Source: Phoronis australis
Lineage: Eukaryota > Animalia > Phoronida
Direction: 5' to 3'
Assembly: GCA_002633005.1 (NCBI GenBank)
Contig: NMRA01000064.1
Coordinates: 605,895 to 669,894, forward strand
DNA length: 64,000 bases
A program made the translations under genes and the position numbers. Each line of letters starts with the position of its first letter. The first letter of the stretch is position 1. Positions 43,101-56,262 of the stretch are shown piece by piece. Below the pieces are notes generated by a model that worked only from the letters and a program-made list of their open reading frames with translations, was not told where the DNA came from and searched no databases.

Positions 43101-43114
43101 CTAAAGTTCCCCAT
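37163..43114 (-). CDS. ADMP: Anti-dorsalizing morphogenetic protein (TGF-beta/BMP family ligand)
   Basis: Exons are 43114-42820, 41060-40924, 39034-38875, 38345-38181 and 37794-37163 (1389 nt, 462 aa). It has a signal peptide, prodomain (TPPQYMVDLY, ADVVRSF, AAELHLFK, GWEVF, QPILVVFTDD), furin site RTKR and a 7-Cys mature domain. The mature domain has ADMP-type residues: IGWSGWII, HCKGHCPFPLGQN..PTNHATVQSI, CCVP..L...SLLYFD.DENVILKQYDDMVAASCGCH. Confidence 0.93.
40013..40047. repeat. 20-bp tandem repeat containing E-boxes in ADMP intron 2
   Basis: The unit gggtcacgtgcacagctgaa (CACGTG and CAGCTG) is duplicated. Confidence 0.75.
43085..43100 (+). promoter_or_regulatory. GRCGNC(N5)GTCTG BMP/Smad-Schnurri silencer-type element in ADMP exon 1
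   Basis: GGCGCC-GGCAC-GTCTG is an exact consensus match. Function is inferred only. Confidence 0.5.
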
Positions 43115-43541
43115 ATCGTCTGCGCTGAGCTGGGATTACCTCGGGGAAGCCTATGTACGCGTGTAGAGCGGAGTCACCACAATGGAGCGTCACTGGTATT
43201 TGTATAGCAGTGAATGGCAGCGTATAATCTGATTCATTTAGAAGTTTGTGCAGTGTATATACGGCTGGCAAAACTCCTGCAACACTTCACACAATTTTAC
43301 ACCAATCGCTTAAATAGAATCCTAGACCGTCTTTGTCCGCGGATTAACATCTGTGCCGCTTGCTTACAATCTTCTTCTCTAAATCAATGTTTTGGGTTTT
43401 TAACGACAATTAAAAAGGCCGTATTCAAGTTCCATTAAAAATAGATCGGGACACCTGCGCACTCCGAACTTCTACCCTGATACAAGGGCTGTCAATACTA
43501 TACGTTTCATTTACCGTGGAACACGCACACAATATGTCTTC

Positions 43542-43570
43542 TTTATATTAAAATCGCCAAACCCCGCCCC
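43542..43570 (-). promoter_or_regulatory. Putative ADMP core promoter (GC box and TATA-like)
   Basis: On the minus strand, GGGGCGGGG (43570-43562) is followed by TATAAA (43547-43542), about 430 bp upstream of the ATG. Confidence 0.4.
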
Positions 43571-44365
43571 TTTCTTATTTGACAATTCTCTTGACAGATT
43601 TGCCTAAATAAACATACTGCCGACACTGCAACATTCTCTATCACTCGCTAACGTATCTTCTCCCATTTATTCGGACTGGCTACCCGTCAAATAGTTATAT
43701 AGTCTTTATAAAAGATCTTAAAAGATCTTTTAAATGGAAACGCTTACAAAATAACACGAGAATAAAAGTTCGACAAACATGTTTGTGAAACTGTGCAAAC
43801 ATATTTACATACTGCGTGTGTGCGAAACATTCAGCAAATACTCGCTATTTTAAAATATGTGTTAAACAGTGCTGTTGCTTGTGGCTGTCAGAACGTTTTT
43901 GAGCTAGACCGATCGTTGTGCGATATAGCAATCTGTTTACGCACTTCAGCCGATTTCCCATGTTTTTGATAATGCGTGTTGCAGTTTAAGAGCTGGTTCA
44001 TAGCCACGGAAAATCTGAAGCCGCGCCATGCATATTCATGCGACGGCAGCTTTCTTACTATTAAAGTCTGATTGATGGTTTAAGAAATCCTTAAATCCTC
44101 GCTATCAGATGCGGCAGACGTCTCAACAGTTAAATCACGTTCGCTATAGGTTTATGACAGAAGGCTATCTGAATTTAATTACTGAATTAATGCATAACCA
44201 CTGAAAACACGCAAATAAAAGAAGACAGATTAAAAATATATAACTTATCTTATTTTTACAAGTATTGTACAAATTGCAACTTTACAATGTGACTGAGTGA
44301 GTAAGCAAAGCCACATAAAAACATATGTTACATAAACAATAGATAATGTTTCGAATTCGCAAGTA

Positions 44366-44503
44366 CCTGGGCTGCGTTTCGTGGACCAAGAACCTTGTGA
44401 AAACTCAAGTCCTCGCGAGATATCGCCACGCATTTCAAGCGAAGGACATGACCATAACTAGCTTTTCTCGCAAGCATCTTTTGTCTACGGGACGCAGCCT
44501 TGG
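44366..44503. mobile_element. Short MITE-like inverted-repeat element between Pinhead and ADMP
   Basis: CCTGGGCTGCGTTTCGTGGAC / GTCTACGGGACGCAGCCTTGG form imperfect inverted ends. Confidence 0.5.
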
Positions 44504-45586
44504 AATACTAAACGGAGAATACTGAAATAGTTTTGTTTCCTGAAGGTGCGTTGTGGCACAAACCCGCTAACTGGCAACTGATATGGATAATCTTTTGTTA
44601 ATTAAAAAAGGCCAGTCCCGGAAAGTACGCCATCAAGTCTGTCCGTTTTCTGAAAGGAAACAGACAGATTTGAAAACTTTCTTCACGAAGAACCTGTTGA
44701 TCGATAACAGGGCTCTCCTGAGTTTCAGCTCAGGTATTTTGTGCAATGGGCTCAACCATGAGACCTGCCCACGTCTGATGCATCGCAAATGACATCAGAC
44801 CACCTGCATTCTTTTCTTCTTGTATTTTTAAAGTACATCATCAACATTCAAACAAAATGATGTTCATTTTATAAGTAAAGAGAACCCTGTTGTTTCAATA
44901 ATAATAAGCTGCAATGCACAACCATGCGAATTCAGCACCAGACTGTTGAGTTTAAACACTGATTGTCAAGATTAAAGATACAAGAACGGATCTCCTCTAA
45001 GAAATCTTTTCAATACACATTATCACTAATGATAAATATGGCATTTCCAAGTGTTCCGCCCAATATTTACACTCACTTTATTCTATACGAAAATGATCCC
45101 TTACCACTTGTATAAGTTGGTAGGAGCACAATGTTAATCAGGGATGGATGAATAAGTAAATAAATAAAAAAATAAATTTATCAATCATCTGATGAAAAAC
45201 TCATGAAAACATCACAATGAAGATTTGTGACTTTTCATTTTATAGCTCAGTCAGTTGGGCATGATGAATCACTGATTAAGAGATTTACTCATTTACTTAC
45301 TTAGCCAACTCTACCAATTCACGACAAATTAATCGATCGCTCTGGCGTTTTGGAAATCGCCGGATTTTACAATTTCAGCAAGAAAAAATTGATTTGACAC
45401 GAATGCCAAAAATATACAGTGCCAGATTTTACATTTGCAATCGTAGAGCGGAGGACTCTGTAGGACAGTTTGCTGACGTCATCATGGCGTCACTGCCATT
45501 GTGTCACTCAGCCAACGGTCTATGGTCGACTTGCAGTTGTTGCTTGTAACAACTCAACTCCTCTTGACGAGTGGTGTCAATCATTC

Positions 45587-48500
45587 CTAAAACACTGTTC
45601 TTGACCTTCGACATCCACACGACTTCACCGACAATACTGTCCTCTCTTCGTAATCTGTGGTTTTAAAATCGTGTGTTTTGAACGACGTGGGGACGCAGTC
45701 TTTGTTTCTATTCTTTAATGAATTCAAACATTCGTTAGGATTCAATTTGGACCTGCAAAGTGAAATCGCGTCGAAATTAGTCCTTCGTTGTAGCCGATGA
45801 AACAAAAGCTCACTGAGTAGAAATCATGTAAAGTTTGGATGGCGCCATCTAGCGGTAACAAAATTAATCTAGTTTAGGCTTACTGCATGTACGTACAGAT
45901 ACAAAAATCAACGAGAGTGGCAACCTTTTGAGGGCCATATTATCATTTGGATGTTAAATTTTACGATGACGCAAAAACAAAGGGAAATTAAACGCTGTAA
46001 CATGAATTTTTGTATCATGGTAACGCATATATCCCAATTCGCTGGTTGAACCATCCTCTCTTAATATACACAATACCCAAAATGGTTCTATCCCCAATTA
46101 TTACACACCCCGTCACTTTTTCACAGGTGTTACAGTTAAATAGTCCTGGCATAAGCAGAGACCCTTCCCTAGCGGCCCCCATTTCCGCCAGTTGTCCTGC
46201 TCTGAATAGATGATACAGAAATGCCTTCAATTGGGTTAGTGCACTTTTTATTATCATGGAAATATTGTTTGCTAACCAACATGTCAATCATGTTACGGGC
46301 CCGATGCTTAGGGACAGATTGTTAATGATTTGTCGCTCGCTTGAGTAACAATAGAGCCCCTCATCGGCTCATCTAGTCTATAAGGAAAGAAAAAGAGCCA
46401 TCGGCCGTGAGCCAAAAATGTCACTTCTGAAGTCTAACATAAATATGCCCTTGAGCGAGCTAAAGAAAGCTGAACAAAAACATCTTGGCTAGAATATTAT
46501 ACCAGGGGGATTTTCTTTAATGAAATACAACCTTAAATGTAATCTAAATTCCAGAACTGAGTTAATGTGAAATTAATTTTTGATACAGTCAATGGCATTA
46601 GAGAAGAGATGTTATTAGTAGAATCAGATATGTTGTGGAAACTAGGCTAAGAGGAGAATAGGACACGACACCAATAGTTCCCCTAAATGACAATGGTAAC
46701 GGAAAAAATAACTTGCCGTTGTAACACGAATCGGGGCGGTATTTTTACTTGTACATTAGGCCTACATTGTAAAATCGTTTGGCTGTGGATCTGTACTATC
46801 TCACGGTGTATAAACGCAACTATTGTCACGAACATTTCATAACACGCTCACGATTTTGACACAAAACGTCTTCCCAAATTACACATAATTAGAGGACAGG
46901 TATGTACAGAAGGGTCTACGCACCATTTCAGACATCTGTTCTGGCGAGAGTCTCGACAGGTGCCCGAGCACATTCCCACGTCAATCGTCTTTCTGCGTGT
47001 CATCAAATGCCACGTGGTGTTGTCCAGGTACGTTTCATCATACACCTGCACGTATCGCATTCGGTAGCAGTGTCCGGCACAGTGACACCGACGTATGACT
47101 GACACTAACTCACTGCCTGCGAATACATTACGTTACATATCCACCATGAGCAAACAGTGCTGACAAACATTAAAATAGCGAAGGCACGCATAAAACGGTC
47201 TAATGTGTAATTTAATGAAAGTAGAACCAGAGTTTAGACTCGCAATAAAAATTAATAAAACATCAACAACCTTTCACTGAGGAACACAATAAAACCAGAA
47301 GAACGTGCAAACTGAATGGGTCTGCATGCATGCACCTGCAGTAGACACGCAGCCTGCCTGTAAAGCAGTATTACGCGGTACTGCAAGTAGAAACCCAGTA
47401 GTACACGTCTAAATTTTGCAAATCAAAGCGTAGTTGCAATGCCCAACGTAGCAAAGGATACGAAATGGATAGATTCACGTCATCCTTCTCTATATTTATT
47501 CATAATTCTGTGTTTTTAGCACCAACTCCCGGCAAGATTTACGAGCCCATTGCAAATTACGTCAGCATGCAGACACAACCTTGTGTGAGTGTCTCATTCA
47601 CTGTGACAGTTGAAAATGCTACTAATTTGCATACGACATAGTGTCAAGAGGCACTTAAAAGGGTTGACTGCTTTGGATTTTAAAGAGACAACAAACCCGC
47701 GCCTTCTCTCAAAAACAAACTTTTGATATAGTTTACAAATTGTAAAAATTAGTCTCTCGTCTTGTTGCTTACAAAGATTAGAAACGATTTCTAGTCATGA
47801 AATAAACTGCCAGGTTGTTGTTATTTCAGATCACGCCTATTAAATTGGTAGTCACGGCGGGTTAGTAATAGTCACCAAGGTAGTTTCAAAGGAATCTTCA
47901 ATTTATTATAACCAATTTCAATCCAAGCAAAGGTTCATAACGAGACTGCTGTGCTTTGGAAGAGCAAACACGCCTGTGAAGAACGTCATTTTAACATCAG
48001 AACTAGATTATAACAGCGTTCATGACGTGTTAGTTTAGGACTGCCATTATTTCTAAAAGTGTAGTGAATAGCACAGATAACGATTCTTTAATAACTCATG
48101 TGTATGTGTGTTTTGTAACATCTAATTGCAAATTTGTTCGAAAACTTATATTTAACAAATCGAAGACACAGAGACTTCCCTGCACGTGTGCGCACAAAAA
48201 TATCTCACGCTCTCTATTTCCCCTCGTGGACGTATGCTTCCCCTTGTGGGCCATTTTCCCGTCTCACGGACATATTTCTTACCTCACAAACGGACCAACC
48301 CTGCTCTCGCACATTATACTCTGCCTGCGGTGCCACCTTCCCATTCACAGGGCTGCCGGACCATTTTCGTTGCTGTTTCAATAAATGATTTGCTTATGAT
48401 AATTTTAAATAAAAATTGTCTTTCTTTCACTGCATACTGTAAAAGCTATCCAATTTGTAATGTCATTGCGAAGATTTTCAAAATTTAATCAATATTAGGG

Positions 48501-51500
48501 TTCATGCATTGTAAGTTCAAAAGCACTTTCACTCCATCCCCAACTTACAGTGTCATTATATGAAGTTTTGATTTTTTTCTTTTCATCATTTAGTTTAGAG
48601 CAAATAGACGAAATTTCGTAGGAATGAGCTTAAAAGCAAATATTTCGAAGACAATTTTGGAATAGAGATGTTATGTCAGGTTATGCGAAGCTGACCGAGA
48701 TGGGGACGGCGTGGCAGTGATGCAGTAGCTTTCGCGGGCTAGGAATAAGGAGTGGGAGTATTGTTGCTTTGTCCACGAGCAAAGAAATATGTCTGCGAGA
48801 CGGTGTTCTGGAAGGAGGAATATGCGTCTGAGAGAGGGTAATAGCGTGCACTAATTAACCATGTTTTTCGCGGGTAGGCCCGAGAAGCGCGCCCGGGCAG
48901 CGGCAGCCAGCACATGTGGAAACTACTTTAGACACCAGGTGGCGAGACCGTTAGGAAATAACCCAGTTATTTACCAGAACGGTAAGCAGGGAGAATGATC
49001 AAATGCAGAAACGGTCGCATGCTTTTGAAGCCAGGTATTACAAGATAATGCCATTCAATTTTCGTGAGAAATGTTAGTCCCATGTGGAGATAACTCTGAC
49101 CGGCTAGCATAGATATTAGACGCTAGCACTGGCTTACGAAGTAAAGGGAACTAGTCTCTGCGACTTACTTGAGCAAGTGCGTGTATGTCAGCACAGAATA
49201 ATCTTTGGAAAGAAATGCATTCTCGATTTCCGGCACGACATTTTTGTCTGTGCTAGATGAGCCAGTTCGTGGACGAGACAGTCTCGCCACCTGGTGACCA
49301 GCTTATCTGACATTTGAAAGTTCAAAACAAAGTGAATTTTTCTGATAAATTACTATTTATTCACAACACTTCCCTCCCTTCCCCCTCCCTCTCTCCCCAG
49401 GAAATGACGTTACTATAGCATCACATCTAAGCGGTATTAGGAGGACACAATACATATGTCAAACATAACTTGCATACATTTCGATCAGCTGCGTATCATT
49501 TCTAAATAGTACCCCATCTCATAGTACCGCATCTCATAGTGCCCCATCTCTAAATAGTACCCCATCTCACAGTACCCCATCTCCCCAATTCAAGGCAAAG
49601 GTAAACGAACTTACCATTAGGTCCTTTTATTGAAATAGTTTTGTTGTGTTTTGGCTGACAGGACTTTTCTGCAAGAGAAATAAAAATATCAGAGGTAAAA
49701 AAAGCCTAAAAATTTAGTATCAGATCAGTGTTTTATAACAGACGAGACTTTTGATGATAACACGTAGTTAGTATATACATTTACAATACAGTTATTTTGC
49801 ATGGATCACATTAAACTGAGATGTTCCTTGTCCTAGTTCTGTTAAAGTGAAAAGTTTTGAGAGTTTACGTAAGTAAATCGTCACAAGTATTACTGTTGTC
49901 ATTGTTTTGTGTACGCTGACTGTGAAGTAAATCGTCACAAGTATTACTATTGTCATTGTTTTGTGGACATAAGCATAATTCGTCAGGCTCTTTAGCGCTT
50001 TGCACGTCTTTCAGATTGAGCAAAAACGGTCAGTACTTCATAGTACTGGCGCAAGAATAAATTTCTCACATGCATTGCGCTCGTCATCAAGTCCACAAAG
50101 AAAACAATCAAAATTTCAACTATACTCAACCAATTGATAAAATTATGCAATAATTCATTTGATCGACAGGTATTCAGTTTCTCTCATACCCATTTCTATC
50201 GAACCAGTCTCAAGGACTAAAAGTGATAATTAATATTTCATAAGGTGTGACTTCAAACATTGACTACTCGAGACATTTTGCACAAAGCAATCAAGTGACT
50301 TTGTGACTTACTGGCTACCCCTTATATCACATCGTATAACTTCACCGTGGTGTCACTTATTAAGAATTATTGTTCCATTAAACAAGACCAACGATGTGAA
50401 AGCTTGAGTCAGGGTTAAGATGAAAAGAACCGACTTCACACGTCTATGCTGATATATTTAAAATAAACATTGGCATCTGACTGCTGTGGTATGTTTTCAT
50501 TTTATTGTTCTAGCCGCGTGTATGCGTATGTTATAACGAGATCGTACATGGCGAACACCATAACCCAACAGAGTGACCATAATGTACAGAGTGACATAAA
50601 ATGTATTGTACAAACACACTATCTTTTGTTATGATCTTCAAAAATGTGTAACAGTCCGCCTGCTTGACCTCTATGATTGTCCATGCGTTTGGAACAAGAA
50701 GAAAACTTCAACAAAGGAATTCCACTCACTAAGATACGTACGGTTTTTTCTACACTGACCAGAACACATGCCAACATCAACTTCTGTTTCGTACGGAGTG
50801 TTGAGAAAGTAGACTTTTATAAACTTTTGTCTTGTGCATCTTGATGGAGATTTCACGCAGTGACAATCCTGTATTATTTCATGGTCAACAGGTCCTTCCA
50901 AGAGACTGTAACGTTCTGTATTTATTTTGGTAGGAATGCAGGTTGAACTGCTTGGACAAGATGGTGGTGAATCCTGGAATTGGAGAACTTCGCTTTTATT
51001 TCTGATTATTTTTTCTTGATTTCTAGTTTTTTTACGCAGGGCAGATCAGTCTTTCCACACCGTATCAGTGAAATTTGCAGGCTCTTTCTGGTCTACCTAT
51101 TGTGAAAGATTAAGATTGAAGCTGGTGGATAACGGGTGACATTAATTCTTATGCGAAAAAGAAAGTGCCATTGTGTAGATCAGCCAGAAACTGCGGAATA
51201 TAAGAAGTAACTAAAGTATTACTTCACACATTTAACATCTTTAATGGGTTAACGCTCAAGGGTAATGCAAAAATAAGTACTACATTGAAATACAAATTGG
51301 TTATAAACTGAACACGTGTGGGGTCGTTCAAAGAACTGAAATGAAAATTTGTTTGTATTAATACCCAGTTTTCCCAGAGCTTCCCTTAGCGTGCAAATAA
51401 AGCGATAATAGCTCAAGGTCAGCCAGTTCATGGACTTTATTAAATTTTCAAATTCTATCGTCCATATGTCTTTCAGTCGTTTTGAAGGGAGCAATGTATC

Positions 51501-53121
51501 TTGCCTCCAGAAACGGCGGCAGACGCTGCACATACACACGGACTGTTTAGATAAACGATTGCAAGGTGACAGAACGTTGTTGTAATAAACAACCGTGAAG
51601 AAACCTTATGGACGCATTGAAGACGATCCCGTGTTCCAAGGGCTTTTAGTCCAAAGAGATTAAAGCTGTAAAAGACAGATATTCCCCTCAAGTCAAAATA
51701 AACATGTCACCGGATTTCGCTGTTTCACACGAGAAAGGTGACGTAAAAACTATCCCGGGAATGTAAATCTCGTCGGTCAAATTTACGCGCAGTTGCAAAA
51801 TATTTTACCACGTGGTGTGCAATTGTTGACGCTAATTGACCAATCATATGATAAGTGCAACATACACAGAATCATTGGCAAGTAAACATGTTTTTATTTA
51901 CATACAATACAGTTTGAGTTTCTGAATGTCGTACTCCGTACTTTCTATGTTGTGTGGTATTTAGATTTTCATCAGTGGGCAAAATTGATCATTTAATGTA
52001 TAAACTAACATCGACTTCTTGGGGGCAACTCGGTGCAAACGCACACACGAAGCTCAATATAAGTATTCATACACGTTCAGCCGTGAATTTCCACAAAACA
52101 AGAATCTTTTAGTCACGACAGGCTATAACCTTGCATTCTATTATTGATAGAGAAATAGCGTGGCCTGTATGTTTACTTTCCAAGTAAAAGAATCGTATAC
52201 TTACTGCCCCGTGCTTATTGTCTTCGAACCACACCGAGTTGGCCAGGCATGTTTGCTTACAATGACCCACATCCAAATAAATAGGACGTCTCGAAGTATC
52301 TGAGCAAACAAAAATTATTGTTGCTTCATTTTACATGGTTTTCAAATTCTTCTATTTACACTGAAAATACACATCGTATACATCTAATATCCAAATTGCT
52401 TTAAGATCAACACTTTTACTGATTCATGAGAGCTGACTCTCGCGCACACCTGAACTTCAATGAACCCACAGCTGTAAACGTTGACGTTAAACGAACCCAA
52501 CTGTCACTCAAATATAACAAATATGACGGAAAATGTCATTGTTTATTTTCATCACAGTAGTGCTTTACATGTATTAATGTAATTGGAACAAAACCGGCCG
52601 TTTGTCTATTTTTTTTCTCACCATAGCCTGCAATTATCCGCTTGCTCTGTCGTTCACAACAAGCTTCTGGAGAGGCACTTGAATTTTTGGGCGGGAAAGC
52701 CTTGCCTTCTGTTTTGTTGTCTTTCAGGGGTACTGTGTAGACACCTGTGAATTTCCAGAATATTCGCGTTAACGCCAAGCACAACACACAAACAAATTAA
52801 ACTAAATCCTTTTAAGGCCGCATCAAGTCCAACACTTATAAACCGAAAATCTTCACTTAGACCGTTCATTACTTTCAACTCTTCTTTGTTCAGAATGTGA
52901 TTTAAAATCACCTAAACGCTTTAATTCCTTATCTGCTCGAATAATCTCATTTTCCAATAAATCCTTCGTCGGTGCCCATTTTACACCAAGGTAAGTATAA
53001 TCCGCTGAATGTTCCTAGATGGCGTTGTCGGAAATTGTGCGGCTGGAGTCTGCCTACCTATAAAATGACAGACGACAGCGGTACATAACAGACTCCTCAG
53101 TGGCAACATATTGGCTTCCAT
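45587..53121 (-). CDS. pnhd: Pinhead, secreted cysteine-rich (triple cystine-knot-like) ADMP/BMP modulator
   Basis: Exons are 53121-53058, 52744-52622, 52299-52205, 50973-50742, 49668-49615, 47116-46924 and 45752-45587 (927 nt, 308 aa), all phase-consistent. Signal peptide MEANMLPLRSLLCTAVVCHFIGVYT is followed by three repeats of C.R...DVG.C...C ... C.P ... C.C (LDVGHCKQTC, VDVGMCSGQC, IDVGMCSGTC). It lies directly upstream of ADMP on the same strand, the known Pinhead position. Confidence 0.88.
48933..49296. mobile_element. 364-bp element bounded by a perfect 16-bp inverted repeat
   Basis: CACCAGGTGGCGAGAC (48933-48948) and GTCTCGCCACCTGGTG (49281-49296). No clear TSD. Confidence 0.55.
49501..49585. 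repeat. About 15-bp tandem repeat (tagtaccccatctca)
   Basis: About 5 degenerate copies. Confidence 0.8.
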
Positions 53122-56100
53122 GTGCTTTCTCGCTGTTTCCTAAATTAACTGACTGTGATGCATTCTGCTACTGTTTAGTTATAGATGAGGAGCAAATTTG
53201 GCAATTGCTGCTTGTTTTTCATTGGTAGACTGAGCGTCTAGACCGCTTCAGGATACGCTCAATAGTTTTTGCTAATGACTTGGTCGAAGGTCCTTTCTCT
53301 TCAATTTCAATCGAGTAATGCTAGAAGCAAAAACACCTATTCTCGAACACATTCAGTTCACCGGCCTTTTATTCGCCAAACAAAGAAAGTTTATTTTGAA
53401 AAAACATTGGGGCAGAAAGATCATTATCTTAAGCTCTTATAAAGACATGTGTATTATTGGATAAAATAATTGAAAGCCAACGAGGCCTGATATAGCCGAT
53501 TGTTGTACTATGATATCTCGTCGGATATGTGGCGCCTACCGACAAAGCAAATCATGGCAGTTTACATGCAACGTTCTGACTCGGGCATTTAACACCGTCA
53601 ACTGAGCGTATATTGTGCCATTATAAAACGGAGCTAGTTGAAAAGGAAAACGATTTTATACGATTTTTAGCACCTTTTAACACGCCTCAAGGGTAGAAAA
53701 ACTATCAATGGCATTGATATATTTTTCTAGCGCCAACTCGGATTAACGAGGGAAGTGTACGAGTTACATACGTTGCCTGAGGCAGGAATCATGAGCGCTC
53801 AACCAATGCAAGGTCAAAGATCCCAAGGCCACGCGCTTACAAGATCGAGTTCACTTATATTCTTGAAACGCTATATTTGAATAAAAATTGCCCGGAAATC
53901 AGTAAAATGCTGGAATAACAGTTTCCACGTAACACGCTTGGTACGCTACAGGTGTTTGTATCAGATTTCCGAGAATTGCACGTTCCACATTCCACTTTAC
54001 AATACACTTGCCTACGTTATTCAATCATCAAGACTAAACCCATTTTGTCGGTGTTTACGAAGGAACATTATGAAAATTTAATCACTCCAAATCGGATATT
54101 TTTACTGTTCAACAGTAATTCAACGCGAAATCACTTCGCAGTATTTCCTATGCAATAGTCCGAATTATTAGATAACTTGCAAAATGGTCGGCCCTGGTAA
54201 CCATTCGGAATAGACTTGTATAGAGTGAGAAACCCTTTTCTGACGTTCTGTTGTTGTTGTAATTGAAAAATAATCCTGAAGTCATGCAACATTCAATTTT
54301 ATTGAGTAAATAAAATTTGTTATTTGTGCAACCTCAGGCAAAATATGTAATAGCCAACAACCCATAACATCTGGAAGCTTTTTTACTACAGTCAAAGATA
54401 TTATAGTATATAGTATCTTTGCTATAGTGGAGCCAACAAAACAGTGGAGTATTTGCTTACGTTATTTTTTTTTTTTCGTTTCAGGCGATTGATTGCACTG
54501 AAAGAGCTCCATCAGTGAAAAATATAGCATGTAAGAAAAAATAACCACGAAGGAAAACATTTTGAATACTCCAGGGATGTAACTGTCCTCGCTTATATTA
54601 CCAGAGTCCAATATGGCTCTTTTGAAAGGCAAAAATGGACATACAATTTAGGTTTGATGAGAAAAATATCGCTAACGTGTAAGCATTCTGATTTGAAGTC
54701 ACTCGGAAAGTGTTTCGGTTGTAAGTGGTTACAATACATTTTATGGGTTGAAAAAGCGCTAATATATCTTCAAATCGAAACATAGTTACAGACAACTAGA
54801 TATCCGTATTTTGTCTTGCCACATGTTGGTACTAATCAAATTTCTGCATCGGAGTCATTATCGAATGCTGTATTCGAACCGAAATTTGATTCGTGTGTCA
54901 CTCAAGTCATGCAAGTTCAAACCAGTGAAACGAAGCAGTTTTATCCCTAATGAGACAGGGTAATAAACTCCTTACTGGATATAATACGAAACTTAATACA
55001 CAAGAATTTGAACTATTTGATATTTTTTGTACCGAACAATGGAAAACTGACGGAGTCCAGTCGACTAACGCGACAAAAATGTCATCCATTGCATAGAACA
55101 AACTCGAGGAATTCCAATCCAGCCTTAATGCTCTAAGCTGACAGGGTCATTTTTCGTTTGACCCTTTTATTTACAGAGTAATACTTAACGCAATTAACAC
55201 TTGCGGGGTTCAGTAGTGAAAAATATTTACTGTTATGCTTTCATACCAACTTAGTCGCAGCATTTCTTTTATCTAGTTCACTAGCCTGCGGTGAACAGAC
55301 TGTCATTCACGATAAAATGTTGCAAAAATGTTTACTTGCGCTGGACAAATGGTGGGTCTTGCCGGATTAGCCATCTTTAAGACCAAGCAGTACCACGAAT
55401 CACTCCATCGAGAGGTCCGACGTCTATCATAACACCTAACTTTGCACTCTCTACCTCTAGTGGACAAGAAATTGCGGCAAACTACAACGGCGGGCTATGG
55501 TATATACGTAAATTCAATAGCATAACACGCTAATTTGAAAACATATATGTCCAACAAAAAGGTTGAATTTTTTATCGAATAAGAGTTTACAAGCGTAGTA
55601 ACACAATAGCGTCGAACTCTTCGATGAAAATCTGTTTGTCAGTGCTAGTCATAATAGAGAAAGAGTTCTTTATCGATTGTACTCCGAAAACCTGAAATAC
55701 TCGGCAGAAAATGACGACGCTTGGCCAGTTGACATGAAATGATCAGGGTGCTTCCTGATCTACCGTGAGCAGGCAGTCAAACCCCTAATAGGAACCCGTC
55801 TAAACCAACGCACAGTTCAAGTGAATTAAATTGCGATTCAAATTAATTTTGTCACCAGCGAAATTTCCTGCTAGGAAAATCTATTTTAATTTACGACACA
55901 CAGGTGCGCCCACTATATATCTTTACATAAATATGATCGTCTGTCATTCGATCATCATTCAATATCGCGTGTCAATCATCTTTTTGGCTAGAGGCTAGGG
56001 TGTCTTGACACTCTCTACTTTCTCAATTCATAAGACGTCGATGTAGAAATACCGGACATGGTTGGGTGAAACTTTCCAGAGCAAATATTGCGGAGAAAAC

Positions 56101-56262
56101 AAACATTATCCGCCTGAGGGGGAGTCCGCTGATATTTAATGGTTCTAAACACGCGTCAACATAAAAAGAAAACTTCAAGTTCACGCTCCTTCAATGCAAA
56201 CAAATCCCACAATGCACTTTAGTTTAGTATAACCACTAACTGCGGAAATCAGTGGATGAAAA

